From the NCBI RefSeq assembly GCF_006345805.1, contig NW_021825313.1:1-15940 (forward strand): DNA of 15,940 bases. The letters run 5' to 3'. A program made the translations under genes and the position numbers. The stretch comes from Octopus sinensis. Taxonomy: Eukaryota. Position 1 is the stretch's first letter, and each line of letters opens with the position of its first letter. Below are positions 9,616-15,940 of the stretch, in pieces. A model generated the notes under the pieces. It did not search any database. It was not told the origin of the DNA and worked only from the letters and a program-made list of their open reading frames with translations.

Positions 9616-10073
9616 TGAGGCTGGGTTGGTAGGATAAACTGGCTGTGATGTGGAGTCGTGTGTTGTTCGTGGCAGATTATACTCTAGTGGTCAGTTGTCT
9701 AGGATGTGGCACCACGAGTTCATGACGTTTTGTGATGGTGTTTGTGTGATAGCACAGACAGGCATTGCACAAATTTAAACTTTAACATTCAGATTGTTCT
9801 GTCAACTGTAGATTTCTATTATATTATTGTTTATTTATAGAATGACATTTTAGTACGAGGGACCGGAATCGAAATTTTTTTTTCCTACGAAAGTTCCGGG
9901 CCCCTATTATGAACTCATCTGCATGCAGCCATTCGGAGCTCTATAGACTAGTGTCATAGAATTAAATACACTAATTATAATAGATCTATAATTACTACTA
10001 ATAATATAATAGTATTCACACATTTTCGTGACTTTTTGTTTTTGTTCAAAAACTCATAAAATGAATAAAACTC

Positions 10074-10293
10074 GTTAAGGCAGCGAGCTGGCAGAAACGT
10101 TAGCACACCGGGCGAAATGCTTAGATGTATTTCGTGTGCCTGTACGTTCTGAGTTCAAATTCCGCCGAGGTCAACTTTTCCTTTCATCTTTTCTGGGTCG
10201 ATAAATTAAGTACCAGTTGCGTACTGGGGGTCGATCAAATCGACCGGGCACCCTTCCCCCAAAATTTCGGACTTTGTGCTTAGAGTAAAAAAA
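10074..10293 (+). mobile_element. SINE family B variant with an alternative 3' tail
   Basis: Family-B head and core, then a distinct tail CCCCAAAATTTCGGACTTTGTGCTTAGAGTAAAAAA. TSD of 11 bp GAATAAAACTC at 10063-10073 / 10294-10304. Confidence 0.85.
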
Positions 10294-10414
10294 GAATAAA
10301 ACTCATGTGCACATGTGGGACTCGGATAGCCAAAGATACATTAACCATACACACGCGTCCATAACTCGTATCAATGAATCAATGTGTATCTATAAAACCT
10401 TCAAGCAGTTTCCG

Positions 10415-10841
10415 TACTCTTTACTCTTTACTCTTTTACTTGTTTCAGTCATTTGACTGCGGCCATGCTGGAGCACCGCCTTTAGTCAAGCAAATCGACC
10501 CCGGGACTTATTCTTTGTAGCCCAGTACTTATTCTATCGGTCTCTTTTGCCGAACCGCCAAGTGATGGGGACGTAAACACACCAGCATCGGTTGTCAGCA
10601 TGCTAGGGGGACAAACACAGACACACAATCACACCACCACACACACACACATATATAATATTATATATACATATATACGACAGGCTTCTTTCAGTTTCCG
10701 TCTACCAAATCCACTCACAAGGCTTTGGTCAGCCCAAGGCTATAGTAGAAGACACTTGCCCAAGATGCCACGCAGTGGGACTGAACCCGCAACTATGTGG
10801 TTGGTTAGCAAGCTACTTACCACACAGCCACTCCTGCGCCT
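10415..10841 (-). mobile_element. SINE family A, copy A4, with (AAAGAGT)n-type 3' tail
   Basis: Complete head (AGGCGCAGGAGTGGCTGTGTGG), short internal CA/TA tract, and tail repeats reading TACTCTT on the + strand at 10415-10440. Confidence 0.92.
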
Positions 10842-11347
10842 ATTCATATTTGTCAAAAACATAATCTTTGATTGCTATAATAATCCAATCTAACAGCTAA
10901 CCAGCGTATGTGTTCAGTATCGATGATATTGACATTTGAATGAGAGCACAAGATTCATATGGCAATCTGAAGTCGCCATTTTGAATGTCAGCCTTTGTTA
11001 GCTTGACAACAAGGTCAAGGTGAACTCTGGTTGGCTGTGTGCAAATGAGCTTATTACTGGGGCCCGGAAGTCTTGTGGGAAAAAAAATTCGAAGGCCTGA
11101 TTTGGCCGGTTTGAACATAAAACAAGTAGAATATTTTAGCGGAGTATGACCAGTCTAAAGACTAAAAGGTTATGGTGGTGCGTAAGGAATGACCTGTAGT
11201 GACAGAAAACATAGAGCTCGTGACTATGTAAGACAATAAAATGTTGCGTGATACCAAGTGCAGACTCCTCATAGTTCTTTGACAGCCTGAATAGGTGGAT
11301 AGTACCAGTTAGAATTTATGGCAGCTTTATGACAGGAAAACCTTATC

Positions 11348-11479
11348 TGTTTCTTTATTGCCCACAAGGGGCTAAACATAGAGGGGACAAACGGATTAAG
11401 TCGATTCCATCGACCCCAGTGCGTAACTGGTACTTAATTTATCGACCCCGAAAGGATGAAAGGCAAAGTCGACCTCGCC
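11348..11479 (-). mobile_element. 5'-truncated SINE family B
   Basis: Core and tail only, with a small internal deletion. TSD of 9 bp AACCTTATC at 11339-11347 / 11480-11488. Confidence 0.85.
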
Positions 11480-11838
11480 AACCTTATCGCACATCCTGCA
11501 TGATTGCACGATCGTATACACACACATAAAATACATGCAAATACACGTGCGCGCGCATATGCACCAATTGGGTACTAAAGAGGCAAAGTTGAAAGACATC
11601 AAATAGACAGGACAATTCTGTCTTCGCCTGCAGTAAAGACTTTTGCCTTCAAAATATACCTGCTTATACGGTAACCACATAACGGCTGATAGGATAATGC
11701 GAACTCTGAAGAGAAAGAAAAGAAATCCCCATCACCACGACAGACGGAAGCTGATAGAGAAGATACATGTATTTGTGTGTGTGTGTGTGTGAACATTATC
11801 GATCGCATATATGCAGCGTATGTGCTTTGTTCATACTC

Positions 11839-12252
11839 CTATTTCTTTACTACCCACAAGGGGCTAAACACAGAGAGGACAAACAAGGACAGACAAAGGG
11901 ATTAAGTCGATTACATCGACCCCAGTGCGTAACTGGTACTTAATTTATCGACCCCGAAAGGATGAAAGGCAAAGTCGACTTCGGCGGAATTTGAACGCAG
12001 AACGTAACGGCAGACGAAATACCTATTTCTTTACTACCCACAAGGGGCTAAACACAGAGAGGACAAACAAGGACAGACAAAGGGATTAAGTCGATTACAT
12101 AGACCCCAGTGCGTAACTGGTACTTAATTTATCGACCCCGAAAGGATGAAAGGCAAAGTCGACTTCGGCGGAATTTGAACGCAGAACGTAACGGCAGACG
12201 AAATACGGCTACGCATTTCGCCCGGCGTGCTAACGTTTCTGCCAGCTCGCCG
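11839..12252 (-). mobile_element. SINE family B dimer (head plus 2 x 184-bp unit)
   Basis: Units 11839-12022 and 12023-12206 differ at one position by manual comparison. Head at 12207-12252. No TSD seen. Confidence 0.92.
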
Positions 12253-12977
12253 GAGCAACGTCTGGGAAAACTCCCTACACAACCCCGACTGTTAACGAAC
12301 ACCTGCCCCTGCATGGTCTTAGCAGTGACGGCCAAAACAAATTAATGTCTATTGAACTCCATATCTACTTTCTGCCTATGTCTGCTTGTCTATTGTGAAG
12401 TTATTTGTAAACAATTTAGAAAACAGTATTTATTTTATAACTCCATATGGTATAAATTTGATTTGTTAAGCTATTCATAGGATCCTCTGTCATGTAAATA
12501 ATACAGTGTCATTTTGATTTCCTATTTCTTACATTACTTGACAATAAACACAAAACAAGGGAAAAAGAAGAAAACATAGAAAAAATAAAATAAAATCCTT
12601 ATCAATCACTTCTAGCTGGTGTTTCGTAAAATAAAACTAAAGAGTGGACAAGGGGGAGATAATGGGCGGAGTGGTGCCTAAATGAGTATGTGTTCGGAGG
12701 TAGATGGGAATAAAATGAATTTGTTAAGTTCTGTGAGATTAGGATGAGAGTCGTACATTACAAATTATAATCTTTCCACAACAATTGACATAAAGATACA
12801 TGCAGATAATAAAAAATGTTGAAAAAATTCCTATCATATAGCGTTGTATTTTTTATCCTAAAATCATTGTGAGCTAGTTTGCTATCTCCGAAATCAATGC
12901 TCACACGCATCCAACGTTCAATGATGAACCACTTCAGTCCAGTTTCATTCGGCCTAGTCCCTTTTTGCTAATTATCT

Positions 12978-13014
<37 letters not shown>

Positions 13015-13053
13015 TTATATTTATTTAATTGTATATGTATGTAGGTGTGTGTA

Positions 13054-13337
13054 TAAAGTTAATCCAAACAAGAAAGCACAAAAAAACACAACAACGCGAG
13101 GACGTGGAACAAATATAGTATTATTGGACGCTCAGAAAAGAAGGAAAGAAGGAGGGTTTAACGTTTTGAGCGGAGCTCTTCGTCGGAAACATAGGAGAAG
13201 GAAAGAGCCAGAGAAGGGAAGACAGAGGAAAAAATCGCCAACGGTACACACGAGGTCACATTTTGACGAAAGATGTAGGAACAAAAAGCAGGTGTCTTAG
13301 TTTCACACTCGGGAAGAATGGAAACGTCTTTTTCGTT
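13054..13337 (-). mobile_element. Probable PLE pseudo-LTR remnant with a decayed minimal hammerhead (13156-13190)
   Basis: The - strand reads GTTT-CCGACGA-A-GAGC-TCC-GCTC-AAAAC-GTT-AAAC, with a pyrimidine-rich leader and a T-rich tail. It is flanked by TG/TA microsatellites. Confidence 0.65.
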
Positions 13338-13610
13338 TATATATATATATGTGTGAGTGTGTGTGTGTGTTGTGCATGTGTATGTGTATGTGTGTGTATG
13401 CGTGTGTCTGTGTTTGTCCCCCACCATCGCTTGACAACCGGTTGGTGGTGTTTACGGGTTCCCCGTAATTTTGCGGTTCGGCGATAAAACCCGATAGAAT
13501 AAGTACTAGTCTTACAAACAATAAGTCCTGGGGTCGATTTTTTTCGACTAAAGGTGGTGCTCCAGTATGGCCACAGTCAAATGACTGATACAAATAAAAG
13601 AATAAAGAAT
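13338..13610 (+). mobile_element. SINE family A, copy A5 (microsatellite plus 3' half only)
   Basis: GTGTCTGTGTTTGTCCCCC ... GGGGTCGAT ... ATGGCCACAGTCAAATGACTGA ... AAAAGAATAAAGAAT matches the reverse complement of A3/A4. Confidence 0.85.
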
Positions 13611-13621
13611 CATGCATACAT

Positions 13622-13941
13622 CGACATACACACACACACACACACATACACATACATACATACATACATACATACATACATACATACATACATACGTACG
13701 TACGTACACGCATGCACACACACATACACACACAAATACATGCATATAATTAAATAATTGTATGAATATATGTATATAGGATTATTTATGTGTGTGTGTT
13801 TATGTATGTATGTGTGTATGCATGTATGTATGTATGTATGTGTGTATGTATGTATGTATGTATGTATGTATGTATGTATGTATGTATGTGTGTATGTGTG
13901 TATGTACGTACGTATTATGTATGTATGAATGTATGTATGTA
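13622..13941. repeat. (CA)n/(CATA)n tract followed by a (TG)n/(TATG)n tract in opposite orientation
   Basis: Direct reading. Confidence 0.9.
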
Positions 13942-13942
13942 C

Positions 13943-15470
13943 ATTATTATTATCATTATACATTATTATTATTATTATTATTGGAAAAAAATCAGTCTTA
14001 CAGCTGTTGTTAATTATCGTGGGAGACATTCAACATGCAAGTACCAATTTCCAAATCCTAGATGTCCCCAACAGAGCAGTTTTGGGGCTTGCTCTGCTCT
14101 CATGTCAATTCCGATTTCTCTGACATATTTCTCGAACTTGGTTGTTAGTGCTCCGAGTGCCCCTACGACTACTTGGATGACAGGCGTTCTCCTCATGGCC
14201 CACATTCTTACAATTTCGTCTTTTAGTAGTCTGTAATATTCAATCTTTTCTAGTTTTTTTGCCACTTAAGCGTGCATCTCCATGTATCGCAATATCTATG
14301 ATCTTGGTTTCTGTTTTTATTTCCCTTTATCTACCACAACAATATCTGGTCCCCCCGCCTCGATTAGAGAGTTACATTGGAATGTAAAATCCCACAGAAT
14401 CTTATGTTATTTTTTCTCGGCGACTCTTTCTGGTTCATGTTAATACCTATTTCTTTACTACCCACAAGGGGCTAAACACAGAGGAGACAAACAAGGACAG
14501 ACAAACGGATTAAGTCGATTACATCAACCCCAGTGCGTAACTGGTACTTAATTTATCGACCCCGAAAGGATGAAAGGCTAAGTCGACCTCGGCGGAATTT
14601 GAACTCGGAACGTAACGGCAGACGAAATACCTATTTCTTTACTACCCACAAGGGGCTAAACACAGAAGGGACAAACAATGACAGACAAACGGATTAAGTC
14701 GATTACATCAACCCCAGTGCGTAACTGGTACTTAATTTATCGACCCCGAAAGGATGAAAAGCAAAGTCGACCTCGACGAAATTTGAACTTAGAACGTAAC
14801 GGCAGACGAAATACGGCTACGTATTTCGTCCGGCGTGCTAACGTTTCTGCCAGCTCGTCGCCTTATGTTCATGTTCATACCATTTCCGTGCTCTGTTCAG
14901 GCCGTACTTTTCCCATAGCCTCCAGTGGACGAACTTAACCACATTATAGTGTCTCCTTTTGTAGTGATTTTGGGCCAGCTTTCTACACTCATTTACAATA
15001 TGTTTCGTTTCTGCTGCCACACATCCTACAAAAGGGCGATTCATTGCTCTTATCTATTTGGAACTTGGTGCAATTAGTTCTCAGAGCTTGTTCCTTTCAG
15101 ATCACTTTTTCTTAGCCATCTCCAAGTGTTGATCTTGTCTTTTCCTTCGATTTCTCTGAGGTATTGTCCATGCAGTGGTTTCACTTTCCAGTTGTTTATT
15201 CTTACTTCTTCATCTTGTTTCTTAAATATTTGTGGGCTCATCAAATTTTCGGTAGCTATTATATTGTTAATTCTAACAGCGGCAAGCAAGGATTCACTCT
15301 TCTGTTTGATGTACTATTCCTGTCCATTTCCTCAAGCTAGTTTTGTGTCTACATAACAACACCTGCGCCGTATCGCATTAAGGAAACAGCTCATGTGTTA
15401 ATTGCTCTGATTTTGTTTTTAAAGCTTTCTTTCATTTCACTTTTCTTGATTATTTTTAAATCACCAGATA
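13943..15470 (-). mobile_element. R4/Dong-like non-LTR retrotransposon, 5'-truncated and internally deleted, with (TAA)n tail; split by a SINE dimer
   Basis: The - strand translates to NKIRAINT*AVSLMRYGAG (RT end), WKVKPLHGQYLRE..TWRWLRKSDLK, EQALRTN..SPFCRMCG..HIVNEC (CCHC knuckle), KWYEHE|HEPERV, KILWDF..GPDIVVVD..IIDIAI.GD..EKIEYY (PD-D/ExK RLE), VVVGALG, and KTALLGTSRIWKLVL. Stop at 14030-14032; (TAA)n at 13943-13982. Confidence 0.88.
14442..14866 (-). mobile_element. SINE family B dimer inserted in the LINE coding region
   Basis: Units 14447-14630 and 14631-14814 (184 bp each) plus head. TSD of 9 bp GTTCATGTT at 14433-14441 / 14867-14875; removing the insert restores WYEHEPER. Confidence 0.93.
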
Positions 15471-15473
15471 TTT

Positions 15474-15646
15474 ATATGCACACACATACATACACACACA
15501 CATATATAAATACATACATACATTCACACATACATTCACACATACATACATATATACATACATGCATGCATGCATACATACATACATACATACATACATA
15601 CATACATACATGTGTGCATGCATGCATACATACATACAAACATACA
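15474..15646. repeat. (TACA)n-dominated microsatellite
   Basis: Direct reading. Confidence 0.93.
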
Positions 15647-15914
15647 TATGCTGAACTACTGAAAAATCTGCAGTTGTTCTATCCAGATTACAATTATTGG
15701 AGCCCTGGAGTAACACACTGCCTAAATACCAGTCTTGAGAAATTAGACTTCTCAAAACCAGAAAGGAGAAAGCTAATTCGAAGACTACAAATTCAATATA
15801 TCACTGGAACTGTAAAAATCTGTAAAACTCACCGGAAGTTTATCATTTAAATATATATGAGCATGTCTAGATATACAACTATATGCATAAGAATACATAA
15901 ACATAAAATTTGCA
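15647..15914 (+). mobile_element. 3' end of a second RLE-type non-LTR retrotransposon family
   Basis: YAELLKNLQLFYPDY, then (other frame) IIGALG, then VTHCLNTSLEKLDFSKPERRKLIRRLQIQYITGTVKICK..* (stop 15848-15850). This resembles RLE C-termini (KY..L ... GALG ... LQ...GT). A short 3' UTR is followed by (TACA)n. Confidence 0.6.
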
Positions 15915-15940
15915 CATACATACATACATACATACATACA

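Larger units (their letters stand above)
9775..11173. mobile_element. Probable piggyBac-like non-autonomous DNA transposon containing two nested SINEs
   Basis: Left end TTAA-ACTTTAACATT; right end (reverse complement) ATAA-CCTTTTAGTCTT. A subterminal inverted repeat of ~62 bp at roughly 75% identity lies at 9869-9931 / 11032-11092, each 80-95 bp from its end. Confidence 0.5.

Noticed and set aside
9816-10012. 13-bp perfect inverted repeat CTATTATATTATT / AATAATATAATAG as MITE TIRs
   Set aside because: It is very AT-rich with no TSD, and the left copy lies inside the larger 9775-11173 element; probably chance.
11697-11730. CTGAAGA...GAAA as a hammerhead
   Set aside because: No stem II pairing; it is a purine-rich chance match.
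11839-12206. Tandem 184-bp repeats as a CRISPR array or satellite
   Set aside because: There are no unique spacers, only two units are present, and both are SINE body sequence.

Overview
Repeat-saturated, AT-rich eukaryotic (animal) DNA with no supportable host gene. The SINE and microsatellite landscape resembles a coleoid cephalopod such as Octopus; this is from recall and has not been checked. Most ORFs in the supplied track are microsatellite or SINE read-throughs. Contents: (1) three tRNA-derived SINE families in 12 copies, several with clean target-site duplications (TSDs), including two head-to-tail dimers with an identical junction; (2) a 1.1-kb Penelope-like insertion at 296-1420 with ~400-bp inverted arms, each carrying a type I hammerhead ribozyme; the + strand copy at 1174-1273 has a canonical core and an unusually long stem II; (3) two decayed hammerheads (2393-2430, 13156-13190) and one doubtful motif (~9465) in other probable Penelope remnants; (4) a decayed pogo/Tigger transposase at 4294-6465 with nested SINEs; (5) an R4/Dong-like restriction-like-endonuclease (RLE) LINE at 13943-15470 and a second RLE-LINE 3' end at 15647-15914; (6) probable piggyBac-like and hAT-like DNA transposon remnants; (7) many microsatellites. 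All family names come from manual motif reading, not database searches.
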